From NCBI RefSeq assembly GCF_006345805.1, contig NC_043005.1, positions 11,594,001-11,658,000 on the forward strand: 64,000 nt of DNA, read 5' to 3'. Source of the DNA: Octopus sinensis. Its lineage: Eukaryota. The notes beneath the pieces were generated by a model. The model made no database searches. It was not told the origin of the DNA and was given only the letters and a program-made list of their open reading frames with translations. Made by a program: the position numbers and the translations under genes. This document shows positions 1 through 13,827 of the stretch, piece after piece; position 1 is the first letter of the stretch, and every line of letters starts with the position of its first letter.

Positions 1-2018
1 ATATTTTAACAATGCTGGCAACTAAGACAGACAACAGTGAATATGTCTTGGCTTTATTAGAATTCTCCAGAGACGTGTAGACTTCAGTATATTTGCTGAA
101 GTTTTGACAAGAGAATTGCTAAATAGATTCACAATATTGTACATGAATAGGCGTGAAATATTAACATATTTAAATACATAATTTAGTGAGAATATTTACA
201 TAAAGAACACTTATAGTTTCTTAGGTACGGATGGCGAATGTATAAAAGTATAAATTTATAAGGTGTTGATCCAGCACATCTTTAATTGTACACCTGGAAT
301 TGTCTGAATAAGCATGTTTTGGGAAATTAAAGAAAAGAAAAATACAAATATATTCTAATTATCACATCTAATGTTAAAGCAATGAAAAAATATACACCAG
401 AAACACCACACCTTCTTTGAAATTTTTTATATTCTTTCACTTTTATGCAAACATATTTGTATACATACATAAACACAGACACATGTACACACACACGTGT
501 GTGAATGCGTGTATTTTAGAAAACCGAGGAAATAATGGATGATAAGATGTTAGTTTAGTACTTGATGTGAAAGAGGTATATAGTGTTGTAATATTTCTGA
601 TGTTAACCCTTCGTCTTAAAGGAAAAGAGAAAAAGCAACGAGTGAGTAGAATGTAAAAGTAAGTGAAATGTAAAAATTTAAAAGTAGAAATTACGAAATA
701 AAAAGAATATTTGAAAATGACTCGAAGAGTAATATTGTGAAGACAAGCGATCGAAACGGAGTTCATCTGAAGGGCCAGTAATGTAATGTTACTCGACAGG
801 GTATATGAGCCTCTGCAGGTCGAGCTGCATAGTTGTGGTTCTATGGAGATGTGATTAGAATGACACGGGAAAGAATCGCAAGATGAATTCTACAAAATTA
901 GCCAACTGGCAGGAAAGAAATAGGTGGATCAAGAATAAAGCACAGGGGACTGAGACTGGATAGAATTAGCATGGTATGGCCAGTAAAAAGAAAGATATAT
1001 TGTTTCATAAAAATGAAGGTGCTAAATTTTCCTTTGCGGTCTTTTGATCTTTTAAACTTATTTGGAAATTACTTCTTATCAATACTATTTTTTTGTTTAT
1101 ATCTCCATCGGTCTATTCACTTTTTAATAAATTTGCGCTACATTTTTGACATGAACTTTTATATACTTAAGGGCATTCATCCTCCTTAAAACTAAACAAC
1201 AATAGAAAAGTATAAAAAGAGGAAGTAAAATAGTTATAGAAAACTTTTAAAATATATATAACTTCAGAAAATGTATAAAAGTACATACCGAAAAAATATA
1301 GTATAAATTTATTAAAAAGGGAATAGACCGCTGGAGATATAAACCAAGAAATAGCATTGAAGGGAAATAATTTTCAAATAGGTTTAAGAGGTCTACAGAC
1401 CCAAAATAATGGACCTTAATCTCAATCACATTTTCTATTCACACTTGAAAATCCTTTCTAGCCCAATGAATTGTTGTGAAACCAAAACAGTACTCGCACC
1501 TACAGTGAAGCACATGCACAGAAGAATTAACTGCACAACCGCAAGCACGCTCACACAACTGTATACTCAGATATTCATTAACTAACTTTAAGACCATACA
1601 AAGATAAATATTACCACACACAAACATATGTATAAATACATATAATTATAAACATATAGAGATATTTTAATAAATATAAAAACGGATACATACAAATGTA
1701 TGGGTACCACTAAATACATATATATATATATATATATTTATAAATTTATAAAATTATAATAACAAATAAATCTAATCAATCTAATAGATTGTATTCAAGA
1801 CAAACCTCTGCTGAAGATTTATAGATGTTTATGTAAGTAAAATTGCATTTGCATTAGTAATGAAACAATTGTTCAGGGTCAATCTATTTATTCGTTATAT
1901 TTCATTTTCCTTCCGTTAAATGCAATGTTATTTCTAATTGGAAACTTCGTTTCTGTGGCTAAACTATCGGAGCTATTTTTAGCACCAGAGCTATCCACAT
2001 AGTAGTAACTCTCTAATA

Positions 2019-2052
<34 letters not shown>

Positions 2053-2054
<2 letters not shown>

Positions 2055-2408
2055 TAGCAGTATAGCCCGGCGTTGCTCGAGTTTGTTTCGACCCTTTAGA
2101 ATAAGAATTTTTGAAAAGTAAAAATTTTCTGGTTGAAATACACCGAAAAATGGCGACGCAGCAGTCAAAAAATCGTAAAAAATAGGGATTTTCATAGAAA
2201 AAAAGCACCTTTTTGATGTAAATAGTTTTTGGTGTTAACATGGTCCGATCTGAATTTTGTCTCCTACAGAAAGAAGAGCAAGCCTTCTTCTATCATACTC
2301 TTAATTTTGGTTAACTTGCGCCGCAGAGTCTCGGAGGAAATAGTGTTAGTTGAAGGCTACCAAACCTGCCATACACAGACAACTTCAGCTTTATATATAT
2401 ATATAGAT
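2053..2408 (+). mobile_element. Helitron/Helentron-type non-autonomous element
   Basis: Starts ACTAGCAGTATAGCCCGGCGTTGCTCGAG, the same 5' terminus as the copies at 34696 and 55179. Ends CAGACAACTTCAGCTTTATATATATAG. The body differs from the other two copies. Confidence 0.65.
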
Positions 2409-2759
2409 ACATATATACACATTCATATACATAAATATGCGTACATACATACATATACATTTAGATATGCATATACGCGTATAGACACATATGCATGTAG
2501 AGACTCATGTACAAATACTCGTAGTAAATTCTATACAGGTACTAACCCAGACAAGCAACTTCAGCAGCGCGCGCGCTCACACACTCACATACATGTATAC
2601 ACATACTTATTTAAATATGTGCAAAGTTTACGTATAACTGAATATATTACACACACAGAACAATATAAATGCAAACACACATGGCTATATAAATATGCAT
2701 ATTTCGATATATACCCATGCAGTTATAGAGATACTGATACATATACATTCGTATAAACA

Positions 2760-3249
<490 letters not shown>

Positions 3250-3255
<6 letters not shown>

Positions 3256-3618
3256 GATTCAAAAGTCTCCATACAAAGGAAAATGTTCGTTTTTTATAAG
3301 AAACAGTTTATAAGATCCCTTAGATTCCCTGATCTGACCCCTCTCGATTTCTATCTTTGGGGATATTTGGAAGGCATGGTGTATCACGGAATGATAAAAA
3401 AGACATCAATCATTTGAAGGAATGCATACACCAACTCCTTTGCACACTAATCACCAGATGTGCTATTACGAGTTCACAATGAGTTGGGTAAACGTATTGC
3501 AATGTGTATTCAAAACAATGGTAACCATATAGGGCCTGTTAAAAAAATATGTTCTCATAAATTGTTTCTTATAAAAAGATAAATTGTTCCTATGTATGGC
3601 GACTTTTGAATCACCCTG
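3250..3618 (+). mobile_element. Internally deleted Tc1/mariner element
   Basis: About 60-bp imperfect TIRs (AGGGTGATTCAAAAGTC... / ...GACTTTTGAATCACCCT). The interior translates to PLRFPDLTPLDFYLWGYLEGMVY, matching the transposase C-terminal SPDLTPLDFxLWGYLK motif. Confidence 0.88.
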
Positions 3619-3680
3619 TGTATCTAATGCAATGTGATATATATATATATATATATACTATATATATATATATATATATA

Positions 3681-3848
3681 GGCGCAGAGTGGCTGTGTGG
3701 TAAGTAGCTTGCTAACCAACCACATGGTTCCGGGTTCAGTCCCACTGCGTGGCATCTTGGGCAAGTGTCTTCTGCTATAGCCCGGGCCGACCAATGCCTT
3801 GTGAGTGGATTTAGTAGACGGAAACTGAAAGAAGCCCGTCGTATATAG

Positions 3849-3892
<44 letters not shown>

Positions 3893-4112
3893 GTATGTGT
3901 TGTGTGTTTTGTTGTGTCTTTGTTTGTCCCCCTAGCATTGCTTGACACTGATGCTGGTGTGTTTACGTCCCCGTCACTTAGCGGTTCGGCAAAAGAGACC
4001 AATAGAATAAGTACTGGGCTTACAAAGAATAAGTCCCGGGGTCGAATTGCTCGACTAAAGGCGGTGCTCCAGCATGGCCGCAGTCAAATGACTGAAACAA
4101 GTAAAGAGTAAG
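3681..4112 (+). mobile_element. tRNA-derived SINE family C (CORE-like segment, internal microsatellite), full length
   Basis: A/B-box head (TGGCTGTGTGGTAAG...GGTTCAGTCCC), CORE-like TCTTGGGCAAGTGTCTT segment, central (TA)n/(TG)n, and tail ending CAGTCAAATGACTGAAACAAGTAAAAGAGTAA. Confidence 0.9.
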
Positions 4113-4216
4113 GAGATATATATATATAAAGTTAATCCAAACAAGAAAACAAAAAAACAACAACGTGGAACAAATAAAGTATTATTGGACGCTCAGGAAA
4201 GAAGGGAAGAAGGAGG

Positions 4217-4251
4217 GTTAAACGTTTCGAGCGGAGTTCTTCGTCGGAAAC
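4217..4251 (-). ncRNA. Minimal hammerhead-like motif (U4C variant) in a PLE-type terminal fragment (about 4130-4320)
   Basis: Minus strand reads GUUU-CCGACGA-A-GAAC(UCC)GCUC-GAA-ACGU-U-UAAC. Stem I and stem II each have one mismatch. Confidence 0.55.
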
Positions 4252-4829
4252 ATAGAAGGAAAGATCCCGAGAAGGGAAGACAGAGGAAAAAAATCGCCAG
4301 TGGTACTCACGAGGTCACGTGTGTGTGTGTGTGTATATACATACATGTATACATTTGCATGTATAGGTATGTATATTTATAAATATACCGTGGAATACTT
4401 TGTTATTCGGTGAAGTCCTTATAATATATTAAGGTATGTAACACTGAACCATGTCCATTGTCAAGCCTAATAGTTTTTATGCAAGAATGAAATTTGTGTT
4501 GCATGTATGTATGTATGTGTACGGGAAAGATTTGAAAGTGCATAACTTCATTTAAATTTATACACTTTCTAAATAGTAGCAGAAATAAATACCTAAATAA
4601 ATAAGTACTTTGATGCCGTGATTACAGTTCTTTTCCCTTATTTTCTTACTTCTAAAATTCTGTAAGATTTCTCTTATTAATATAAGCTGAAATTATTTTG
4701 GCAGTAAATATATTTTTACTCTATTTAATGAAAACTGTCTTAAACACATACGTATATCGATTTCTGTAAGCATTGCTCTGTGCGTGGCCAATATTTCTTG
4801 ACACCTACGGTTACGTATACTCATATGTT

Positions 4830-4883
4830 TAAATAAATATATATATATTTATATTATATTACCTATTATAATTGTATTATATC

Positions 4884-4925
<42 letters not shown>

Positions 4926-5175
4926 ATTATACGGTTACGTATCTCATATAATATATATATATATTATATGATAGTACCTATATATATTGTATTATATCAT
5001 ATATTATATATATATATATATAGTATAATAATGTACGTATTATACTTGTATATGTATACGTATAAACATACGTATATATACACACAATATTTATGAGTTA
5101 TATATTTATAGACACGCGTACATTCACACACTTATATGTTCATATAGTTGTATCTATGGGAAGTATACAACACAC

Positions 5176-5234
<59 letters not shown>

Positions 5235-5287
5235 GTATGTATGTATATATATATATATATATAGATATTATATATATATATATATGT

Positions 5288-5334
<47 letters not shown>

Positions 5335-5400
5335 ATATATCTATATAATATATATATGCACACACACATATAAATACACGTATATGTTAAACAATAATCA
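4830..5400. repeat. (TA)n/(CA)n microsatellite field
   Basis: Simple dinucleotide repeats. Confidence 0.95.
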
Positions 5401-6167
5401 CAGGCACACATGCTCATAACCATATATCGATTTGTATTACTTGAGTTCCGAAGATTGGTATCACACACCTAAATCTACATTTACATATGCTGTATCTAAC
5501 CATATTTATAAACTATCTATATTGAAATCTCCGCTTTGTTGTGCATGCATACTTTCTTCTCTGTGTCCAAGTCAGGGCTTTATAGAAAAATTTCAAGGTA
5601 AAAATTACCATGTATGTTGCGAGATATTACAGCTAGAGCTGTAAATTTCCAAAGACTTGACATTTCGCTTTCAGCTCTTTGTTATTTTGGCTCTCTGTAG
5701 AAATACATGCGTTGTAATAGAAAAGTCTGAATATCTAACCCGATCTATGTCGGACTTGATGCTAGATATTCGTCTGATCACATTTTGATTTGATTTACAT
5801 TAACGGGCTAGCGTGATGACTTCTATGCGCTGGCACGATTTCAAAATAACTATCGCATGTTCAAATCACACCCATTCGCATTCAAGAAAAAAAATAAAAA
5901 AAGAATGAGGTATTAGTTAACGTCGTTCACACATGAATTGTGCGAAAAGATGAATGATCAAGTCTTTGATCAGAGGTTTATTTTATTAGTAATGACAGGC
6001 TACAGAAATAATGTGCATAGCCGTCACTTGCAAGCGAGTATTATTTGGGGATATGTACTTTCCTTTCGTGCATTCCTTTAGCTATTTTATGTAGTCACAA
6101 GTGGATGTAGACATTATCCCGGCCAACTACCACTACTAGCAACAATTACAACCACAACAATAACATA

Positions 6168-6204
<37 letters not shown>

Positions 6205-6547
6205 ACAACAACAACAACTACAACAGCCGCAGTCATTTGATTATCCTCCCAATTCTAGTCGCCACTACTGTGTCCCGCTCTCAGAACCTTACATTACCAC
6301 TTCATTGCTGTATTTAATATACATGCTTGGAGTTTCCCTTCAGATGTTATTCTGCAGAAGATTAAGATGAACATCGCTTGCAAATATTTCAGCAGTGGGA
6401 GAACCTGCAAAAAACAGGCCTTATTCTACTCATACAAACGAAAATGCTTTGTAAAAACGGGGGAATAAAAATAAAATAAAATCTGTCACCTTCCCTTGCT
6501 CTGTAAACATTCACTTATGCAACTCAAGCACACTCGCTCAAATAGGT

Positions 6548-7027
6548 CTCTTAAAATACAGCTTCGAATTTTAGCACAATTCCAAGTTAGGGGGCAGAGG
6601 GTAAATCGGTTACGTTGACTCCAGCACTCAACTGGTATTTATTTTCCTTTTTACTCTTAGAAGATGAAATGCAGTCTACCTCGGCGTAATTTGAGCTCAG
6701 ACCGAAAAGACGGATGAAATAGCGAAAAGCATGTTGCCTAACGTGGCTAACGACTCTGTCAGCTCGTTGCCTTATGTCTCTTAAAATATTGGCTTCAAAT
6801 TTGGCAGAAGGCCAGGAAGGCCAGTAAGTTCGAGAAGCGGGTAAGTCGTTTATATCGATCCCAGTACTCAAGTGGTACTTATTCTATCGACCCTAGAAAA
6901 GATGAAAGGTAAATTCGACCACGGATGATTTTGAACTTGGAACGTGAAGACAGACGAAATGTCACTAAGCATGCTGTCCGGCGTGCTAACGATTCTGCCA
7001 GCTCGTCGTCTTACGCCTCTTAAAATA
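6548..7027 (-). mobile_element. Two tandem degenerate copies of SINE family M
   Basis: Each copy contains ATCGACCC...GATGAAA...CGACC.CGG...TTTGAAC...CTGCCAGCTCG, and the copies are bounded by repeated CTCTTAAAATA. Confidence 0.8.
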
Positions 7028-7559
7028 TTATCAAAACAAGAAGGAAAATTCTTTCGTTTTGAATAATGTTTTATTTTATATTTTTAAAAAAGTGAACATT
7101 AAGGAATACAAATGGATCTGACATTTTATTTCCCCAAAAAATGACTAATGAATTTGCTCGAAGCAGATCATCTTTTATTTCCTCGAAATCTAGAAAATGG
7201 TTGTTGATTATCACCGCTAAATTAAAAGCCTGTCAGTCTTCATGGTTTTGAAGATAATAATTAAATTTTATACGTTCATCATGTCCTGTGAAAAGCTTTT
7301 GAAACTTGAGATTTGATACCAGCTAAATCAGTATAACAAAAAAAATATATATATATATTTCGTAATTGGTTCTAGAAAATTTTTTAATATCGCAATAATT
7401 GAGAAAAGCAATTATAAAACATTGCAAACAGCGGAAAAAAAGTTAAAATCAGTGAATTAGTAGCTGTATTTGTGATATAATAAGAGAAATATCTTATCCA
7501 AAATCAATATACATATATACTTAGGTACAGACAGGCATACGCATACACAGATGCGTATA

Positions 7560-7700
7560 TTCATATGCACACACACACACACACACGCACAAAAATGTGT
7601 ATAGCATCATATATATTATACAGTTTATATCGTTATTCATATGTACATATGTATTTATATATGCATATATATTTATATATAAATGTCTATAAAGTATGCA

Positions 7701-7735
<35 letters not shown>

Positions 7736-8371
7736 AGATATATGTATATATGTGTGTATGTATATATACATACATATATATATGTATATATGTGTGTGTG
7801 TGTGTGTATATATATATACATGTGTGTGTGTGTGTGTGTGTGTGTATACGTATATGCTCGTGTAACATTTAATTTTACAAAGAAATTATTTTATGTAATA
7901 ATTCCCGTAATATGTTAGAAGAAAATTTCTTTACTAGACGTAATAAGCGATGAAGAATTGAAATACAGTTAAAGACGATAATAAATATATAAAAAAAAAA
8001 CAAAAAAAAAAACATATACTTCCAGTTATAAAGTAAACGCTTTTTGGCAAATTTACTTATTGAGATGATTAATAAGGAATATTTGGAAAGCTCGCGAGAT
8101 GTATATTCTGAAAAATTTTAATAGCAAATAAGAGATCTACCAGCTGCGAATTTGTTGATTTTGAAAAGAAAGAAAAGGAGCGGTAAGTTAGTTATGTCAC
8201 CTTAAAAAATTTTTTGAAGTATATATATTATATATATATATAGAATATATATATAATATATACATAGATACATACACACATACATACATACATACATACA
8301 CACATATATATATATATACATATATATAATATTATATATATATATATATATATAATTATATATATACATCC

Positions 8372-8416
<45 letters not shown>

Positions 8417-8429
8417 ATATATAACATAT

Positions 8430-8474
<45 letters not shown>

Positions 8475-8597
8475 TATATATAGTATATATATATATATAT
8501 ATACATTATATATATATATATATTAAACATTATATATATATATAACATTATATATATATATATAATTATATATATATATATACATATATATATATAG

Positions 8598-8630
<33 letters not shown>

Positions 8631-8750
8631 ATATATATATACATATATATATATATATACATATATATCTATATATTATACATATATATACATATATATA
8701 TACATATATATATATATATACATTATTATATATATATATATATATATACA

Positions 8751-8824
<74 letters not shown>

Positions 8825-8878
8825 ATATATATATATATATATACACATATATATATACATATCATATATATGTATGTA

Positions 8879-8918
<40 letters not shown>

Positions 8919-8960
8919 TTATATATATATAGTAAGATATATAAAGATAAGTACATATAT
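7560..8960. repeat. (CA)n/(TA)n/(TG)n microsatellite fields (7560-7860, 8220-8960)
   Basis: Simple repeats. Confidence 0.95.
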
Positions 8961-9671
8961 ATACATATTGGTGTAAATTATTGCTATGCTTCTTTCTCTT
9001 TCTGTTCTCTTGGATATCACCATCATCTTCGCCATCACCTTTATCTATGTTACCGCCATTATCGTTATCATCAAATGTTGAACTATGGTATAGCAAATGA
9101 GATTGCCAAAACTACTATCATTATATATGAAAAACCACCAGCTTCAGAAGGGCGTATGTATCGACCTTTCTTATATTTTGAATCGAAATCTTTAATACGT
9201 AAGAAGTAGCTTCAGGATCACCATGATGATGTATACGCCAGGCTACTCATCAGGGACTAAATATCTCTTGGGATGAGTACAACACCAAAGAAGAGATTTA
9301 AGACATATATATCTATTGTTGATGTTGTTGGTCAATGCAGAGTAATCTTCGTTAGCCATTATTATCGTGTTAAACAAAAGCCTATATCAGATATAATATT
9401 TTGGAAACTTCTAAACCTCTCCAAATAGAGAATAAGGAGCATTCGACTACATTAATATTATCGAAAGACACGCTTGAAATTGTGGATCTACCAACGGTAA
9501 TGGAGAATAGCACAGCATTTTGAGATACATCTCGGCTGTGGTTATCTGAAGAAAAAAAATTTAAACGAACTTTTATTCAAAATTTTGGAAGTCGACACTA
9601 TACATAGATAAGACAACAAGGTTCGTAATTTTAAGAATTTCCTTATATTTCACTGTATATTTTCTCTTCTA

Positions 9672-9795
9672 CTCTAGGCAAAAGGCCCGAAATTTTAGGG
9701 GAGGTGGGGAGATGGTCGATTAGATCGACCACAGTACGCAACAGCTGCTTAATTTATCGACCTCGAAAGGATGAAAGGCAAAGTCGACCTCGGCA
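9672..9795 (-). mobile_element. SINE family M, 3' fragment
   Basis: GGTCGATTAGATCGACC...ATCGACCTCGAAAGGATGAAAGGCAAAGTCGACCTCGGC. Confidence 0.8.
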
Positions 9796-9900
9796 AACAA
9801 TGGCTTCTCTTAATACGAAAACCGACCCCAGAGGAAATTCCTTGAATTAGACAAAACTACTTCAACAGAAAAAAAACAATAAAATAAAATAATAGTGGAC

Positions 9901-9940
<40 letters not shown>

Positions 9941-11112
9941 CACACACACACGCACACACACACACACACACAAACACACACGCACACATAGACACATTCA
10001 TCTGCGAATCTAGAAAGTATAAAATATGGATTTGTTAGAGATAGAAAATTAAGGAGAACATTTCAGCTTTTTTATTTTGTAATCTCTTCTGATGTTCATG
10101 TTGGTTAAGCCCAGGAGGATTCTGAGAAAACGGAGTTTTGATTGTGGCCACTTCAGCAGTTGCAATTTCTACCTCTACATTATTGAATCCTACCTTCTAT
10201 TTTTAAGCCAATTACATATGTTTTGAGGGATATTTGGCTGCTATGTCTTGCAGGTTGTCCAAACACGTAAGAGAGCTAAAGTTGCCAAAATGCTCTATAA
10301 TGAGAAACGGGCTGAAGGCATCCTATTCGAGGCAAGTAAAAGCAACAACTACAAATACAACCAGTCATTGCTAGCATTACCTGAGTAGGATGAGGACAAT
10401 ATGAAAAGATACAACAGCAACAACTCTAGCATATGCGGCAACAGTTCTTAGAATATATATATAAAAAAAAAAGATTCCAGTAAAAGACAAAACAATAGAA
10501 AGAACATCAACAACAGCTATAAACTCTTTTGAAAAAACAAAGAATTGAAATTTTGGAGACGGAAATGTTGAATACTCGAACGATTTGTGCAGAGAAGTAC
10601 TTCTCTGAACACTATTAACAACAACAACAACAACAACAACAGTAACAACAACAATAGCAGCAGCAGCAGAAATAAAGATTTGCTCATGCACATGTTCTAC
10701 GTTCGGCGTATTTCTCTCTCAATGGCAAAGTGGAATCAGAGATACGAAGTGGTGATATCAGCCTAGAATGAAAACACGGAAGTTGGCATTCCGAAAGCCA
10801 TACAAAATAGTGGTGAGAAGCTAATGGGCCTGCCAAAGTGAACAAGTGCGACAGTATGAGCCTATAGAGAATTTCTACCCAAAGAGTGGGGAAATTGTTT
10901 TAGATCCAGGGGTGAATTAAGAATGCATAAGAATCTGTCTGATGCACTATATTATAAGTACTTAAGTAACCGCGGGAGTGCACCGGTGTTGAGAAAAATC
11001 ATGAAATGTTCTGAATGCGTAGGTATGTAACGCATATTAAATTACTGCTTTTTGACTGAAAGATTAAACTTGTTTTTTCCTGTGAACTTTTAGAAACTCT
11101 GTTAGTAAGTAA

Positions 11113-11497
11113 TGTGGAGGCGCAATGGCCCAGTGGTTAGGGCAGCGGACTCGCGGTCATAGGATCGCGGTTTCGATTCCCAGACCGGGCGTTGTGAGTG
11201 TTTATTGAGCGAAAACACCTAAAGCTCCACGAGGCTCCGGCAGGGGATGGTGGTGATCCCTGCTGTACTCTTTCACCACAACTTTCTCTCACTCTTACTT
11301 CCTGTTTCTGTTGTACCTGTATTTCAAAGGGCCGGCCTTGTCACTCTCTGTGTCACGCTGAATATCCCCGAGAACTACGTTAAGGGTGCACGTGTCTGTG
11401 GAGTGCTCAGCCACTTACACGTTAATTTCACGAGCAGGCTGTTCCGTTGATCGGATCAACCGGAACCCTCGTCGTCGTAACCGACGGAGTGCTTTCC
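11113..11497 (+). mobile_element. tRNA-derived SINE, head A + tail X, with 9-bp TSD
   Basis: Head GGCGCAATGGCCCAGTGGTTAG...GTTTCGATTCCC. TSD AGTAAGTAA at 11104-11112 and 11498-11506. Confidence 0.92.
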
Positions 11498-12656
11498 AGT
11501 AAGTAACATGAAATTGAAAGAGGCGTTAACTTCACCGAGGACCAAGAATTGGCAATATGTGCTGCATGTCTACACATGCTAGATATGTTAGAAAAACAGC
11601 AAAATCTATCACAGATCACACCCTAGTTAGCGTTAGTTTAAAAAAATAGAAAATATATATTGAATACTGTAGTAGAATATAACTTATATCATATAGAATT
11701 AGATGGCCACAACTAGAAAATTTTGAGTGTTAATCTGGGGTTAAATGACAATATAAATATTAAATACCATGTAATTTCAAAGGTGTTCGTAAATACGGGA
11801 AATTTGAGGAGTAGAATAAAACGCAAAAGGAGTGATAGTGTGCGGAGTGGATATAAGAGCATTCTCTCCGCCCAAAGATAGACATCTGTTGAAGAAAGTA
11901 CCATATGTTTATGGAAATATAGAGACTTGCTTCCCAATTAATCATGGAACTTGCACAAATTCTTTTAAAGTTCAACATAGACATTTCCACGGAATTGGAG
12001 TCGTCTTAGATCTGAAGTACGTTTTATGTCTCTCTTTATCTTTTTCTCTCTTTCTATCTCACTCCTTTTTTCCCCTCTTCCACACACAGAGACACATGCA
12101 AATGCACTTACACATACAATTGTGCAGGCTTAGTTGCGAAAATGTGCTTGTCTGTATTCATAGGTGAAAAAAATTCAATATAGCTGGCACTCACTCTTCG
12201 ATGTTATTTCAATGTGGCTCAGAGCAAATCGGTTGCGACATTGCTTAAGAAAAGCCTTAATTTCAAAATAAGAATGATACTTTGGGACCCAAAATGATAG
12301 AGGTAAATGTTAGTAGCAACAATGATTACGATGCATTTATATCGTAACTAACCAGACTTCGACAAACGTTAAAAAATATTCCTGATTTTATAATATGCGG
12401 AACAATGATATGAGAACGGCGATAGTATCTTAAGACATAAAGTAGATTTATGTAAGTGTAACAGATAAGAAAAGCCTTGTAAAATCTCCTTAAACCTGCT
12501 CAGAACCTATTTAACCGCCTGATACACAATGTCGATTTAAACGAAATACAGTGGAACATCAATATCTCCATTAGATATGCTTTTCTCAAATATTGCCAAA
12601 GTATTTCATTTAGCTCTTTCGATGTTAGTAAAACAAGCATTCAACCAAAGATTATA

Positions 12657-13179
12657 CGAGGGGTGTATGAAAGTCTTGAGCCTAAAAAGAAAAAAAAAAA
12701 CAAAAAAAAACATGGTACAAGACTTCTGATAAAGGTACAATACTTCAAGGCGCAGTGGTTAGGAGGCGCAATAGCCCAGTGGTTAGGGCAGCGGACTCGC
12801 GGTTATAGTATCGCGGTTTCGATTTCCAGACCAGGCGTTGTGAGAGTTTAATGAGCGAAAACATCTAAAAAGCTCCACGAGGCTCCAGCAGGGGATGGTG
12901 GTGATCCCTTCTGTACTCTTTCACCACAACATTCTCTCACTCTTACTTCCTGTTTCTGTTGTACCTGTATTTCAAAGGGCCAGCCTTGTCACTCTCTGTG
13001 TCACGCTGAATATCCCCGAGAACTACGTTAAGGGTACACGTGTCTGTGGAGTGCTCATCCACTTACACGTTAATTTCACGAGCAGGCTGTTCCGTTGATT
13101 CGGATCAACCGGAACCCTCATCCTCGTAACCGACGGAGTGCTTCCACTTCAAGGCTCAAAACTTTTCAGACACCCCTCG
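12657..13179. mobile_element. Mariner-type MITE (about 120 bp net) interrupted by a SINE
   Basis: TA-flanked TIRs CGAGGGGTGTATGAAAGTCTTGAGCCT / AGGCTCAAAACTTTTCAGACACCCCTCG. Confidence 0.85.
12752..13145 (+). mobile_element. tRNA-derived SINE, head A + tail X, with 10-bp TSD
   Basis: Near-identical to 11113-11497. TSD ACTTCAAGGC at 12742-12751 and 13146-13155. Confidence 0.92.
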
Positions 13180-13324
13180 TAGAATGATTCCCCTGTGGAA
13201 ATATGTAATTTTATTTCCATTCTAGTAATCAATAACTGACAAATATTTGAAGTTACTGAAACGGTTTAAACACGTATTTTAATACAAATGTTCAAATGAC
13301 ACGTGAAATATTCTTTTCGAATCT

Positions 13325-13526
13325 AGGTACAATGCCCGAAATTTTGGAGGAGGGAACCAGTTGATTAGATTGACCCCAGTACGCAACTGGTACTTAATTT
13401 ATCAACCCTGAAAGGATGAAGGGCAAATTCGACCTTGGTGGAATTTGAACTCAGAACGTAAAGACATTCGAAAATATGGCTGAGCATTTCGCCCGGGGTG
13501 CTAACGTTTCTGCCAGCTCGCCGCCT
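13325..13526 (-). mobile_element. SINE family M (tail type 2)
   Basis: Minus strand has a tRNA-like head GGCGGCGAGCTGGCAGAAACGTTAG...GAGTTCAAATTCC plus the conserved central domain. Confidence 0.88.
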
Positions 13527-13709
13527 TAACACGTGGAATATTATAAAGAGTATCACGAAGAACAAGAGAAGAGCCACTGTGGCAAATTTTGCCTCTTTTA
13601 TTATTGTAGGGCAGATCAAATAATAAGAGTAAAAAGTTGGGTCAAAAGCATCTACTGTACCTCCTTGAATCTCTGCAGTTTTATGCTCGTGAGATATATC
13701 ACTATTTTA

Positions 13710-13755
13710 ATGCAGTTGCTGCTGCTGCTGCTACTACCACTACTACTACTACTAT

Positions 13756-13825
<70 letters not shown>
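13710..13825. repeat. Compound trinucleotide repeat (GCT)(ACT)(AAT)n
   Basis: Direct reading. It produces the poly-L/I and poly-A/T/N ORFs. Confidence 0.95.

Positions 13826-13827
<2 letters not shown>

Noticed and set aside
9205-9255. CUGAUGA followed by a GUAGC/GCUAC stem on the minus strand
   Set aside because: There is no GAAA, stem III or cleavage triplet after the stem.
11113-11190. tRNA genes at SINE heads
   Set aside because: A and B boxes are present, but there is no full cloverleaf and each head continues into a repeated SINE body.
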